In this document: one piece after another, positions 10,260 through 19,341 of the stretch
Numbering within the stretch: position 1 is the stretch's first letter
Layout: every line of letters begins with the position of its first letter
IMG/VR virus record: IMGVR_UViG_3300035191_000065
Strand: one strand, 5' to 3'
DNA: 64,000 bases
Source of the DNA: an uncultured virus (IMG/VR IMGVR_UViG_3300035191_000065)
Taxonomy: Duplodnaviria > Heunggongvirae > Uroviricota > Caudoviricetes
The notes under the pieces: model-generated
The model's database searches: none
The model's input: the letters and a program-made list of their open reading frames with translations, nothing else
Told to the model about the DNA's origin: nothing
Translations under genes and position numbers: made by a program

Positions 10260-10751
10260 ATGGGACTCTGGTACCGTAGAATCGATGACAAAGCCTACCA
10301 AACCATGGATCTTGTAACAGAATTCCTGGACATATGGATACAGACTCGCAAGCCCCAGGACATCGACACCGACGAGCTGGCTGGAGTCATCGACGTAATG
10401 TATGACTTCGCCCCCGTACCAGGACAATGGGTCACCATCGAGGTCCGCCCCAAGGAGTTGCAGCAGTACATCAACGTCTACATCAACCACGAGGGGAAGG
10501 CGAAGCCGATGATGTCCAACAAGGACAAGGCGTTGACCGCGAAGTACGTCGCGCTTCTCCAAAGAGGCTTTGACCCAACACCTATCATCATCGCTGGAGC
10601 CACCGACCAGGACGAAAAGACCGGTGAGCAGGGCATCGTTCTCCTTGACGGACGCCACCGAATACACTCTTTCATCGCAGCGGGAAGACAAACTTGTCTC
10701 GCCTACATTCCACTCGAAGATGTCCCCAAGATGGACGCCGCAATCCTGTAA
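10260..10751 (+). CDS. ParB/sulfiredoxin-like domain protein
   Basis: PIII...LLDGRHR motif. Confidence 0.6.
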   Translation: MGLWYRRIDDKAYQTMDLVTEFLDIWIQTRKPQDIDTDELAGVIDVMYDFAPVPGQWVTIEVRPKELQQYINVYINHEGKAKPMMSNKDKALTAKYVALLQRGFDPTPIIIAGATDQDEKTGEQGIVLLDGRHRIHSFIAAGRQTCLAYIPLEDVPKMDAAIL

Positions 10752-10838
10752 CAATTGAGGTTCGGGCAAAATAATTGTAAACTCAGCACCATATCCTCAG
10801 TCCGTGGCCCCTGGATCGAGGAGCGGAAGGACCAGAAA

Positions 10839-11315
10839 ATGGGACAAAGCTGCTACATCGAGGACATGGCCACGGCCCCCGCCTTTTCTAAGATCACCGA
10901 TGGGCTCTACATGGGGTCCAAGCGGGCGATCGACCCAAGCCAACCACTGTTCACCATCTATGTGAGCATGGCGCGAGAGATTCCACCACCGAAAAGCGTC
11001 CTCGGAGTCTTCGAGTCCATGTGGGTCAAAATGGATGACGTGGACTGGGACTTCCGAAACGATCCCGAAACGATGGAAGTGCTCATCGAAACGTCGAGCA
11101 CCATAGCGGCGCTCGTAAAACAAGGACACCGCGTCGTCGTTTTCTGCAACATGGGCATGAACCGGAGCGGCCTGATGGTCGCCATGGTCCTGATGCAGCT
11201 CGGGTGGACGTACAAGAAGGCCCTGAGAAAGATCAAGCAGCGGCATCGCTGCACACTTGGGAACCGGTCGTTTCGAGAAGCACTGAAGTATCTCGAAGAG
11301 CGACGTCGCCACTAG
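10839..11315 (+). CDS. Dual-specificity protein phosphatase
   Basis: CX5R loop VFCNMGMNRSG, ITDGLYMGS, acid-loop MDD, and N-x-S-F C-terminal motif. Confidence 0.85.
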   Translation: MGQSCYIEDMATAPAFSKITDGLYMGSKRAIDPSQPLFTIYVSMAREIPPPKSVLGVFESMWVKMDDVDWDFRNDPETMEVLIETSSTIAALVKQGHRVVVFCNMGMNRSGLMVAMVLMQLGWTYKKALRKIKQRHRCTLGNRSFREALKYLEERRRH

Positions 11316-11324
11316 GAGACGAAA

Positions 11325-12071
11325 ATGTCGAACTTTATCGTCCGCAACGTCGTGGGCACGGGGGTATTTGCCATACCGACCAGCGACACTGAGCTGTACG
11401 ACGCAGCAGCAGCTCTTCAGGCAATTCTCAACGGCGTCGCTGGCCTCCGCTACGAAACAGCGCTCGTCCAAATCGTTGACATCGAGCCCAATCCAGAAGA
11501 AATGACATTCGTCGCTGACGCCTTTACCTACAACGGCTCATGGATACCAGCCAACCTGTCGGCGTTTAGGACCGCCATCATGACAGCCCTCATCGCACAC
11601 CCCAATATCGACGGGCTCGGCGACTTCAACATGAACCTCGTTGAGCCCAAACGTCTCTACACCTACGTTCCACAGGTGGACCGAGTCGATAACCGAAACG
11701 GAATCATCTACTTCAAAGACGAGATTCCGCCCGGTGCCCAGATTGAGGTGTATCGATACGCTCGGAAGCTTCACAACAGCTCACATGGACCGTACACACG
11801 GGTAGGAAAGCGCTGGAGACCCGACCAACTTCTCCCCGTCGGCGGACTTCAGTACGACGCAAGCGACGACCTAAGAAGTCCATCGTCTGGAGGACGAACA
11901 CACTTCAGATTCGCCTACAGATGGCCCGACCCGCCACCGTCAAATGGGCCAGGGCAACGGGGACCGCTTTCGGCCTTCACCATCTCGACGGCGAACAATC
12001 GCGAGCGATCGCAAGGATGCTTGCTCGTTATTGTCGCTTCGCCATCGAGCTACAACAACGAGACGTCATAG
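11325..12071 (+). CDS. 'MSNIF'-module paralogue 1 of a tandem triplet
   Basis: Full-length similarity to the next two ORFs (IPPGAQIEV, GKRWRP, FRFAYRWP, GPLS); AGGAG SD. Confidence 0.8.
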   Translation: MSNFIVRNVVGTGVFAIPTSDTELYDAAAALQAILNGVAGLRYETALVQIVDIEPNPEEMTFVADAFTYNGSWIPANLSAFRTAIMTALIAHPNIDGLGDFNMNLVEPKRLYTYVPQVDRVDNRNGIIYFKDEIPPGAQIEVYRYARKLHNSSHGPYTRVGKRWRPDQLLPVGGLQYDASDDLRSPSSGGRTHFRFAYRWPDPPPSNGPGQRGPLSAFTISTANNRERSQGCLLVIVASPSSYNNETS

Positions 12072-12085
12072 GCTGGAGGAGACCA

Positions 12086-12814
12086 ATGTCAAACCTGTTC
12101 ATACGAGAAATAACCGGAACAGGCGTCTTCCAGATGCCTACGACCGATGAAGAAATAGACGCGCTCAACACCACAGTGAGCGGAATCATCAACGGGATCG
12201 CCAATCTCACCAACCTCGGCTGCTCCTGCCAGGTCGTGAACACAGAAGGAGCTGCCTCAGAAATCGCTGCGGTGGTCGAAAGCATCACCTACCTGGGATC
12301 AATCTGCCCAAACTCGGCGTCCCTGCGGTCGGCTATCCGAAACGCTTTCCTCAGCTACCCAGATGTCACAGGCATCGGAAGCATAGACATCAAAAAGGTA
12401 CCGGAGGGTGGCTTCTACAACCGCTATCCGATCCTTGAATACGTCGATACCGTCAATGGTGTCATCAAGCTTCAGGACAACATCCCGCCAGGGGCTCAGA
12501 TCGAGGTCCACAAATACACTCGTCATGCAACGGGCGATCACTCCGGTTACACATCACATCGAGGAAAGCGATACAGGCCGGATCGTCTGTTGGCCCGTGG
12601 CATAACCACCTGCGATCTCAGCACGGAGATACTGACCAAGCGGCGTGCTCACTATCGTTTTGCTTTCAGATGGCCATTGGCAAACAACACAGGAGGCGCC
12701 GGGGTTCGGGGACCACTGAGCCCTGTGACCGTTTCCACTGCCTCGGCGAGGGAACAACTACAAGGCAATCTACTCATCGTCGTTCCATCACCCTGTGGCT
12801 TCGGGAAGCACTAG
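12086..12814 (+). CDS. 'MSNIF'-module paralogue 2 of a tandem triplet
   Basis: Start reassigned to MSNLFIREITG (GGAGGAG SD); paralogy. Confidence 0.8.
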   Translation: MSNLFIREITGTGVFQMPTTDEEIDALNTTVSGIINGIANLTNLGCSCQVVNTEGAASEIAAVVESITYLGSICPNSASLRSAIRNAFLSYPDVTGIGSIDIKKVPEGGFYNRYPILEYVDTVNGVIKLQDNIPPGAQIEVHKYTRHATGDHSGYTSHRGKRYRPDRLLARGITTCDLSTEILTKRRAHYRFAFRWPLANNTGGAGVRGPLSPVTVSTASAREQLQGNLLIVVPSPCGFGKH

Positions 12815-12823
12815 GAGGATCGA

Positions 12824-13570
12824 ATGTCTTCGATTACGATACGAAACGTTGTTGGGCAAAACGAATTCTCCATCCCCACGACGGAAACCGAGGCAGAAGC
12901 AGCGACCGCTGCTCTCACAGCACTTCTCGACAACATCCTATGGCTCGAATTCGATGATGCTCGGGTGCTGGTGGTCGACGTTCAGAACTCGACAACGCCC
13001 GAGCTTGCCTTCGTCGTGAGCACATTCTTCTACAATGGATCTATTATACCATCGGTGTTGGAGCTTCGGTCGGCGCTCAATGCCGAGCTTCTCGGCGACC
13101 CCAGCATCAGCAGTATCGGCGATATCAACATCGAGGATGCTCGTCCTGGGGATGAGTTTTACCACCAGTGGCCTGAAATCGACTGGCTGGACTCCAGAGG
13201 AAAGGTCGTCCAGTTCAAAGCTCCAATCCCGGCCGGCGCACAGATCGAGCTTGGAAAGTACTCCACTTACCGAAGAAGACCTGACCTCCCCTACCCTCCG
13301 CACATTGGTAACCGCTACCGACGCTTCCTTCGCCTTCCCGTCGATGGACAGATCGTCTCATTGGATCCGTGGATACTCAACACCCGAAAGCGAAACGTTT
13401 TCAGAGCCCGGTACGTATGGCCATGCCCCCCAGGAACACCTGCTCCTGCTCCGGGAATCTTCGGTCCTGTCGCCCCCTACGGCATCGTCACCGCGAATCG
13501 TTGGGAGCGAGACACAAACAACGGATACCTCTACATCGAGGCCGCGCCAAGCGGCTATGGCCAAGTCTAA
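12824..13570 (+). CDS. 'MSNIF'-module paralogue 3 of a tandem triplet
   Basis: AGGAGG SD; paralogy. Confidence 0.8.
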   Translation: MSSITIRNVVGQNEFSIPTTETEAEAATAALTALLDNILWLEFDDARVLVVDVQNSTTPELAFVVSTFFYNGSIIPSVLELRSALNAELLGDPSISSIGDINIEDARPGDEFYHQWPEIDWLDSRGKVVQFKAPIPAGAQIELGKYSTYRRRPDLPYPPHIGNRYRRFLRLPVDGQIVSLDPWILNTRKRNVFRARYVWPCPPGTPAPAPGIFGPVAPYGIVTANRWERDTNNGYLYIEAAPSGYGQV

Positions 13571-13584
13571 CCAATTCTGACCTC

Positions 13585-13614
13585 TTGACATTATAGATGA
13601 GCGCGTGCCATTCT
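13585..13614 (+). promoter_or_regulatory. Sigma70-type promoter for a putative small RNA
   Basis: TTGACA-18 nt-CATTCT with extended TGn; no plus-strand ORF follows. Confidence 0.55.
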
Positions 13615-13620
13615 TTCGTT

Positions 13621-13727
13621 GGGGCGCGAGGACGCCTAGGTAGTGACCAGGCCCACGGGCGAGTACGTCCGGGCGGTTCCTCGTAAGCCACGGCTGAGGG
13701 GTACCGGAGGGCTCCCAAGCGCCCCAA
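13621..13727 (+). ncRNA. Putative structured small RNA (~107 nt)
   Basis: Closing helix GGGGCGC/GCGCCCC; internal helices CGAGGA/TCCTCG, GCCT/AGGC, CGGGCG/CGTCCG; promoter upstream and hairpin terminator downstream. Confidence 0.5.
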
Positions 13728-13765
13728 ATTTTGCATCCCCTGCTGATCAGGGATCACGATCTGGA

Positions 13766-13790
13766 GAAAGCGGCCGGAAAGGCCGCTTTC
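13766..13790. terminator. Hairpin terminator between convergent units
   Basis: GAAAGCGGCC-GGAAA-GGCCGCTTTC perfect 10-bp stem. Confidence 0.7.
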
Positions 13791-13794
13791 GTCT

Positions 13795-14457
13795 TTAACG
13801 GCGAGACTGAGCGCAGATGTAGCTGAGGCCGGCAACGACAAGCGCTCCTTTGAGCCCACCCCAAACCAGACTCCGATCGAACAGGGCACCGACGAGAGCG
13901 CCGACACCGACGTATGCCGGGTTGATGCCCCGGTTTCGCATCCAGTCCAATGGTCCTGGGTTCTCCTCGAAGTTCGCCATCGGACCTTCTACGATTGTCA
14001 GAGCTTCTACTGCCATATCACCCTCCGGGTTTTTCTTGACCCGCTGCATCTTCGCCCAGGTCTTCTTGGCCCAGCGATCACCAGCGTCACCCCCCCAAAG
14101 GAGCCACGCAATGTATCCTGGGGACGGATTATTATTATCACCCCAGCCCTTGGCTTTTTTATCGCCGCGATGCCGGGCAAAATATCCCTTCATCCGCCTG
14201 ACGCTTCGAGGCCAAACGGCTTTTCCGCTTGCGAGCTGCCTTGCCCGAGCGACACCAATCTCAGTGCCTCCAGGGCGAGATCGGCGCTTCGCCATCTTCT
14301 CACGCAGCCTCATCCCCTTTCGAGCTGCAGCCTGAACGCTTTTTGGTGGAGTGAAGCTGACACCAGGATAGTCGCTACGCTTGCCCCGTGGACCTGCACT
14401 GCGCCCGCTTGGCGTCTTTTCCAGAGCTTTGAGACCTCGCGACTTCTTCTTTGCCAT
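13795..14457 (-). CDS. Basic protein with a phage head-associated domain and C-terminal membrane segments
   Basis: FTPP..V..AA.KG...R...GGT..GVARARQL...RM..YFARH...PSPGYIAWLLWGGDAG..WA domain recalled from phage head modules; hydrophobic C-terminus. Confidence 0.6.
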   Translation of the reverse strand: MAKKKSRGLKALEKTPSGRSAGPRGKRSDYPGVSFTPPKSVQAAARKGMRLREKMAKRRSRPGGTEIGVARARQLASGKAVWPRSVRRMKGYFARHRGDKKAKGWGDNNNPSPGYIAWLLWGGDAGDRWAKKTWAKMQRVKKNPEGDMAVEALTIVEGPMANFEENPGPLDWMRNRGINPAYVGVGALVGALFDRSLVWGGLKGALVVAGLSYICAQSRR

Positions 14458-14460
14458 CGC

Positions 14461-14835
14461 TTATTCCTCGACTGTGCGCACAAGGAAGATGACGGAGAAC
14501 GTTACAGCCGCGACTATCCCAGAAGCCAACAGAACCTCGGAGGCGTTCACGCGCTTGGTGTTTGCGAGCTTCAGCGCGAGAAAGAATCCGGCCAGGCCAC
14601 CCGCGACGCCCGGAACGATAGAGAAAATCTGCTGAGCAACCGTCGAGGAAAACATCCAGCGCTCAGCCGTAATTTCTTCCTGTTCGGGTTCTTCCTCAAA
14701 GTCGATCTCTTCGGCCCCGTTCTCGACGGGAACAATAGCGTCATCTTCATCCTCAGGACGAACATCATCAGGCGCGACCGCAGCTCCCATCGCGGCTGGC
14801 CACCGACTTTGTGGCGCGTATTCGTAGTAGTACAT
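14461..14835 (-). CDS. Small membrane protein (two hydrophobic segments)
   Basis: Start reassigned to MYYYEY (GAGGAG SD); acidic N-terminus and two TM-like helices. Confidence 0.6.
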   Translation of the reverse strand: MYYYEYAPQSRWPAAMGAAVAPDDVRPEDEDDAIVPVENGAEEIDFEEEPEQEEITAERWMFSSTVAQQIFSIVPGVAGGLAGFFLALKLANTKRVNASEVLLASGIVAAVTFSVIFLVRTVEE

Positions 14836-15650
14836 CAGTACTCCTCTTCGTCTTCGTACTCGGGCTTTCGCGTCGCAAGAACGATGACTCCAAGAAGACC
14901 GACGCCAGCGATACCGATCGCCCACCAGCCCCAGGTCGGGAATCCAGTGCTTGGTCGAACGAGCGTCGGAGAAGGTGCACCAGGGGCTGCCACTGTTGCT
15001 CCTGGAGGCGGCTCGTCGGGTCCGACAGCCTTGCCCGGGCCAAGCTCGAAACCAGGCCCGACCTGCACACCTGCCTGCTGCGCAGGGCCTTTGCCAGCGG
15101 CTGTAGCCTCATCGGCAGCAATGATAACTGCCTGCTCGCCAGCCGTGTATCCGACGGCCTCGTTATAGGCCGTGAGGCTTGAAGCAGCTCCGCCTGCGAT
15201 TCCGGAGAAGATGTCCGTGAAAAGACCCCAATCGAATTGGCGACGAGGCCTCGTAGTAGCTGGCGCGGCCGTTGTCGTAGTCGGCTGAGCCGGCGCTGAC
15301 GGCTGCGCTGGAGCAGACGGTTGAGCCGGGGCAGCCCCCGTCTCTGGGATGTGTCTGTTGGCAGCGGCCGTGATATCTCGGATAGCGCTGTTCCGCACCA
15401 TCCTCGCCATCCCAGAAAGAAGGTCCACCTGAACTGTGACTGTCGATGGATTTCCGTCTTGAATATCGACGGATCCTGACATGTGCCCCGGAGCACTCAA
15501 CACCATCCGACTTCCGCTTTCCCAGCGAGACGTCAGGCCGACAGTGCTATAGGGAGATTGCCCAGAGACTTCCTGAATCGCTGCCGTAACAGCGTTTTGA
15601 AGCTCGCGGCCTCGAAGTGACGTTCGACGTGTCAGTGTAATATCAGGCAT
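14835..15650 (-). CDS. Membrane-anchored protein with PAQPS repeats; N-terminus resembles the PHA-system (PHA_gran_rgn) fold
   Basis: Pro/Ala/Gln linker and C-terminal TM FPTWGWWAIGIAGVGLLGVIVLA; N-terminal similarity is weak. Confidence 0.6.
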   Translation of the reverse strand: MPDITLTRRTSLRGRELQNAVTAAIQEVSGQSPYSTVGLTSRWESGSRMVLSAPGHMSGSVDIQDGNPSTVTVQVDLLSGMARMVRNSAIRDITAAANRHIPETGAAPAQPSAPAQPSAPAQPTTTTAAPATTRPRRQFDWGLFTDIFSGIAGGAASSLTAYNEAVGYTAGEQAVIIAADEATAAGKGPAQQAGVQVGPGFELGPGKAVGPDEPPPGATVAAPGAPSPTLVRPSTGFPTWGWWAIGIAGVGLLGVIVLATRKPEYEDEEEY

Positions 15651-15654
15651 TCCT

Positions 15655-16116
15655 CTATCCTCTTTGTTGTCTCGCCCTGAAGAACCAGAGAAGCGCTACG
15701 GGTAGGACTACAGTCAGCACTCCTCCTGTAAGACCATATCGATACACTGAGCGGCCTTTAAAAAAGGCCCATGCAGATCCGAGCGCTATTCCGGGAGCTG
15801 CTGCTAGCGCCGCAAGCTCTCCATAACCTTTCACATCTCGACGGCGAACCATCTCGTCTCGAAGCGCGTCGTCCCTATTACCGATCGCTTGAAAACGAGG
15901 GTGGTTTCGGTCGACCCTCTCGCGGAAGTGCATATTAAGCTGATGCAAAATCTGCCTCTCCGCGTCGATCTGCTCATGGGTCATCATCGAGGGCGACGTC
16001 GTCCTCATGTCGGGGATGGTCATCGGATCGAGAGGAGGGTTGTCTCGAAGCCAGCGCTCTCGTGCCTCTTCCGGGTCAATTTCTACCGCTACCATTGTCA
16101 CCGAAGGGCTCGTCAT
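15655..16116 (-). CDS. Membrane protein
   Basis: Start reassigned to MTSPSV (GAGGT SD); two C-terminal hydrophobic segments. Confidence 0.6.
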   Translation of the reverse strand: MTSPSVTMVAVEIDPEEARERWLRDNPPLDPMTIPDMRTTSPSMMTHEQIDAERQILHQLNMHFRERVDRNHPRFQAIGNRDDALRDEMVRRRDVKGYGELAALAAAPGIALGSAWAFFKGRSVYRYGLTGGVLTVVLPVALLWFFRARQQRG

Positions 16117-16118
16117 CG

Positions 16119-16517
16119 CTAATACCTCGCCGGCAGGATACGCATAAGGAGACTGGTCCCTGCTGCGAATATCACGAAGTTGGCCCAAGCTCCGACGGCT
16201 GCACCAGGGAGCGCTCCACGCTGAGCCTTGTGACCGGCATAGGCCCCGATCAGAGCCCCGGGAACAGTAGCAGCGGCGAACCACTTCATTTTACGTTGGT
16301 CTGCCATCTTCTCCCGGCGAGCACCAAGCAGCGCATATCGCCGTTGATTTACAGCATCGACAACGGAAGGGTCTGCATGACGGGCACACGTCGTCACCCA
16401 CTCAAACAGCTCCGCATTCCTGCTATCGATTTGATCCAACGTCATCAGACCTGGGTCTGTCGTCTCGATGACGGGAGGATGAACACAAGATGGCATTCGC
16501 AGTCCCCTGACTCTCAT
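16119..16517 (-). CDS. Membrane protein with glycine-zipper-like segments
   Basis: GALIGAYAG and GAAVGAW. Confidence 0.55.
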   Translation of the reverse strand: MRVRGLRMPSCVHPPVIETTDPGLMTLDQIDSRNAELFEWVTTCARHADPSVVDAVNQRRYALLGARREKMADQRKMKWFAAATVPGALIGAYAGHKAQRGALPGAAVGAWANFVIFAAGTSLLMRILPARY

Positions 16518-16631
16518 TGGTGCCTAGAGCACCGGGATGCTTAGGGAGGATAGACTTGGGTCTACGGGGCCGCGAAGGTCATTATAGGTCAAAGACGATT
16601 AAGTTACCAGTCCTGAGGATGATTTGTAATT

Positions 16632-17384
16632 TCAAGGAGGAGGAGGAAGGTCGTCAGCGTGGAAAAGAAGTCCGAGGTCTTTCCAGTGGGCCTGCCTGAT
16701 CACCTCTCGCCATCGCAAGACTGCCCGTCGACTGTAAACCTTACGCCCCTTTGCCTTGCTTGCCGCAACGCGTTTACGAAATATTTTTTGCCTGCGAACG
16801 ACTGACTCAACGGTGCCGTCTCGCGCCTGTTTAAACTTCATGTCATACTGAGGATCAACAATGACATCTCCCTCCGAAAAATTTCCCAAATTAGACGTGC
16901 ACAGCGACCAGATGTCGGAATAAACATCACTCTTCTCATCCTTATCCATATGAGACAGAAACTGACGAGTCGGCTCATTATTGAATCGATCCAGATAAAA
17001 CTGAAGACACCCCTCGTAATCGCCTTTGCCAATAACCTGCATTTCAGCGGGCCAGACCTCAACCTTGTCTGGTCCAAAGTCTTGCACAAAAGCAAAGTCT
17101 TCCTTCAGAAAAGCCAATGATAACGCCATCCCAGCCATGTATGGGTTCACGTCGTACAACAGCACTTCCTTGAGAATCTCAGGGCGCCCTTGAACGTCAT
17201 CAACAATGGGACGAACTTGTTCACGAAGCCATTTTCCGAACTTCGTTCTGAACAGGTTTCGATAACGTCTTTCTGAATATTTTTGATCCGAAACGTCTAA
17301 CACAAAACCACGGACAAAATCATCCGTAGCTTTATCCTTGTTCCACCAGTGTTTCTGTCGAGGATTTGTGTCCCAAGGTCCCAC
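16632..17384 (-). CDS. Hypothetical protein (250 aa, lower GC than its neighbours)
   Basis: Long ORF, GTG start. Confidence 0.6.
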   Translation of the reverse strand: MGPWDTNPRQKHWWNKDKATDDFVRGFVLDVSDQKYSERRYRNLFRTKFGKWLREQVRPIVDDVQGRPEILKEVLLYDVNPYMAGMALSLAFLKEDFAFVQDFGPDKVEVWPAEMQVIGKGDYEGCLQFYLDRFNNEPTRQFLSHMDKDEKSDVYSDIWSLCTSNLGNFSEGDVIVDPQYDMKFKQARDGTVESVVRRQKIFRKRVAASKAKGRKVYSRRAVLRWREVIRQAHWKDLGLLFHADDLPPPP

Positions 17385-17388
17385 TGTT

Positions 17389-17580
17389 CTACCAGTAGCC
17401 CATTGGACAGTTCATGGACATTATTTTTGTCTTTAAATCCATGAAGCAGCCGCACTGGCTGCAGTTGAGGTATCCACGAACGCGCCGGATGTATGGGCAC
17501 CGCACGCAGATGCTAAGTCTTTCCTGAGCAATCATCTGCCGGAGGCTGGGCTGCCGGCGTCGTCGTCCGAAGATAGCCAT
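17389..17580 (-). CDS. Small Cys-rich phage protein (DUF6171-like)
   Basis: RLSICxxC...CxxCGCF..LK......CP.G.W pattern. Confidence 0.7.
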   Translation of the reverse strand: MAIFGRRRRQPSLRQMIAQERLSICVRCPYIRRVRGYLNCSQCGCFMDLKTKIMSMNCPMGYW

Positions 17581-17625
17581 CCTGGGGACGATTCTATTCT
17601 GAGGTGTCCTGCTTGTCCAGAATCT

Positions 17626-18036
17626 CTAGCGTCTTCGCTGAGGAACACGCTGAAGAACGTTCCCACTGCGCTGAGCCTGCTGCGCTCGCATCACTCGCTG
17701 GCGCCGCTTAACCTCCAGGTCAGCTTCCTTTTCCAGCTCCTCATCCAACACCTTGAAACTGTTGACCATAGTGCAGCCCTCGTTGTTGTTCGAGCACTGC
17801 GCCGAGATCTGCCAACCATCGCTGATACGCTGGACACCGGGAAGAGCCCCTCCATCAAGTAGGACTCGCACCTCCTTCCAGGAGAGCCCCACCTGAATCG
17901 GAGTCTCACAGGTTTGGCAAGCCAATTGGTAAACGACCCCATCAAACTCAAAGATGCTGCCGTCTTCTCGCTCACGCCTCGGGTTGCGCATGACGCTGAT
18001 GGATAGGTCCGCGTCACCAAAGATTTTTCCGCTCAT
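17626..18036 (-). CDS. Hypothetical zinc-ribbon protein
   Basis: CxxC and C-x6-C pairs; AAGGA SD. Confidence 0.6.
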   Translation of the reverse strand: MSGKIFGDADLSISVMRNPRREREDGSIFEFDGVVYQLACQTCETPIQVGLSWKEVRVLLDGGALPGVQRISDGWQISAQCSNNNEGCTMVNSFKVLDEELEKEADLEVKRRQRVMRAQQAQRSGNVLQRVPQRRR

Positions 18037-18115
18037 TTTTGGTCCTTTGCGTCTGTGATTGCTCAGTCCTCAGGATGGAAAATATGTAACACGTGCAACC
18101 TGCCAAGTCAATGAG

Positions 18116-18652
18116 TCATTGATTGGACGACTGGTGCCTCTGCATGTCCTGCATCATCTGTTCGGTGGCCTGAATAACGTCGAGCACCTTGTATGCCGCG
18201 AAGGTCACCCCGACAATTCCACCACTGATGGTGACACAGGCTGCGATGACACCGAGCCAAAATAAAAACCCACGTTGAGGTTTCTGTTGTGGAGCAGGAG
18301 GCGGGGGAACAGTCGTTTTTTTTTGCTTGGTCGCTTCTTGGAATTGCTGCCACAGAGCCGGTATCTTTATGTTGGTGCCCGTGATTTCACGGTCCCCGTC
18401 CATTCGTCTTTTTAAATCATCGCCGAGCTGCTGGCGACCCTCTGCGCAGGCTTCCTTTGTCACCAGGTGCTCCATCTGAGTATTCATCCTGGTGACGGTC
18501 TCGCTCACGCTGTCAACTTTTAGGTTCATCGTCTTGAGCTGGCGCCCTTGGTTCTTTAGCTCATTTTCGATAGCTGCGAGTACTGCATCAGTCGAAGAAG
18601 ATTGAGGCTTTGAAGATGAGCCAGAACCGTATCGACCAGCACCGTTGGTCAT
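18116..18652 (-). CDS. Coiled-coil protein with one C-terminal TM (holin-like architecture)
   Basis: Start reassigned to MTNGAG to avoid overlap; coiled coil then TM. Confidence 0.5.
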   Translation of the reverse strand: MTNGAGRYGSGSSSKPQSSSTDAVLAAIENELKNQGRQLKTMNLKVDSVSETVTRMNTQMEHLVTKEACAEGRQQLGDDLKRRMDGDREITGTNIKIPALWQQFQEATKQKKTTVPPPPAPQQKPQRGFLFWLGVIAACVTISGGIVGVTFAAYKVLDVIQATEQMMQDMQRHQSSNQ

Positions 18653-18654
18653 AA

Positions 18655-19326
18655 CTAGCTGATGATACCATGGTTTTGAAGAAAGACATGAGTCTTTCTC
18701 TGCACCTCTGTCAGCTTGCCAGCGCGAATGCGCTGTTCGATCTTCGCCAGCTTTTTGCGAACGCTCTTTGGAAAGGGCCACATGAAGTAGTAGTCCGGAC
18801 CCTTGAACCGCTGGACAAGAAAGTCCTTGTACCTGTCGCTGACCCTGTCGTCCGTCCAAATTCTGTAAGCCATGTTGCAAGACGAGCCGCGGAACTCCCA
18901 ATGCGCTCGAAAGTATGCAGGGAAGGGCGCGATGAGGACCAGTGCGAGGAGTGCGAGGAGCCAAGCATTGCTAAACGTAATCGCCATGAATGCGAGCAGC
19001 GAGAGCAGGCCCCCGATTTGAGGCGAGAGGTAGCTCAACTCGTAAACAATCTTGAAGACGCTGCCATCATGAGCGTGCTGCGTCTCATGAAACATCGTTC
19101 TGAAAGAGTTTTCCGGGTATTTGCTGAACCTCTCCTCCAGGTCGGGCCAGTAGACAGTGCGCCCGATTGTCGTGACATAGCTCGTCATGAAGTTCTTGTT
19201 AAAGAAGAGGATCACCGCGATCATCTTCATAAAAATGCTCGTCTTTTTTTCGACAAGCTTAACCTTGAACTCCGTTTCGCAGAGCCTGACGTATTCCTGG
19301 AGAACGTCGCTGGTAAATGCGGCCAT
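18655..19326 (-). CDS. HExxH-motif membrane protein (putative metallopeptidase)
   Basis: TTIG..VY, FHETQH, downstream WE, two TM-like segments. Confidence 0.6.
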   Translation of the reverse strand: MAAFTSDVLQEYVRLCETEFKVKLVEKKTSIFMKMIAVILFFNKNFMTSYVTTIGRTVYWPDLEERFSKYPENSFRTMFHETQHAHDGSVFKIVYELSYLSPQIGGLLSLLAFMAITFSNAWLLALLALVLIAPFPAYFRAHWEFRGSSCNMAYRIWTDDRVSDRYKDFLVQRFKGPDYYFMWPFPKSVRKKLAKIEQRIRAGKLTEVQRKTHVFLQNHGIIS

Positions 19327-19341
19327 GGGCCACCTCCAGCT

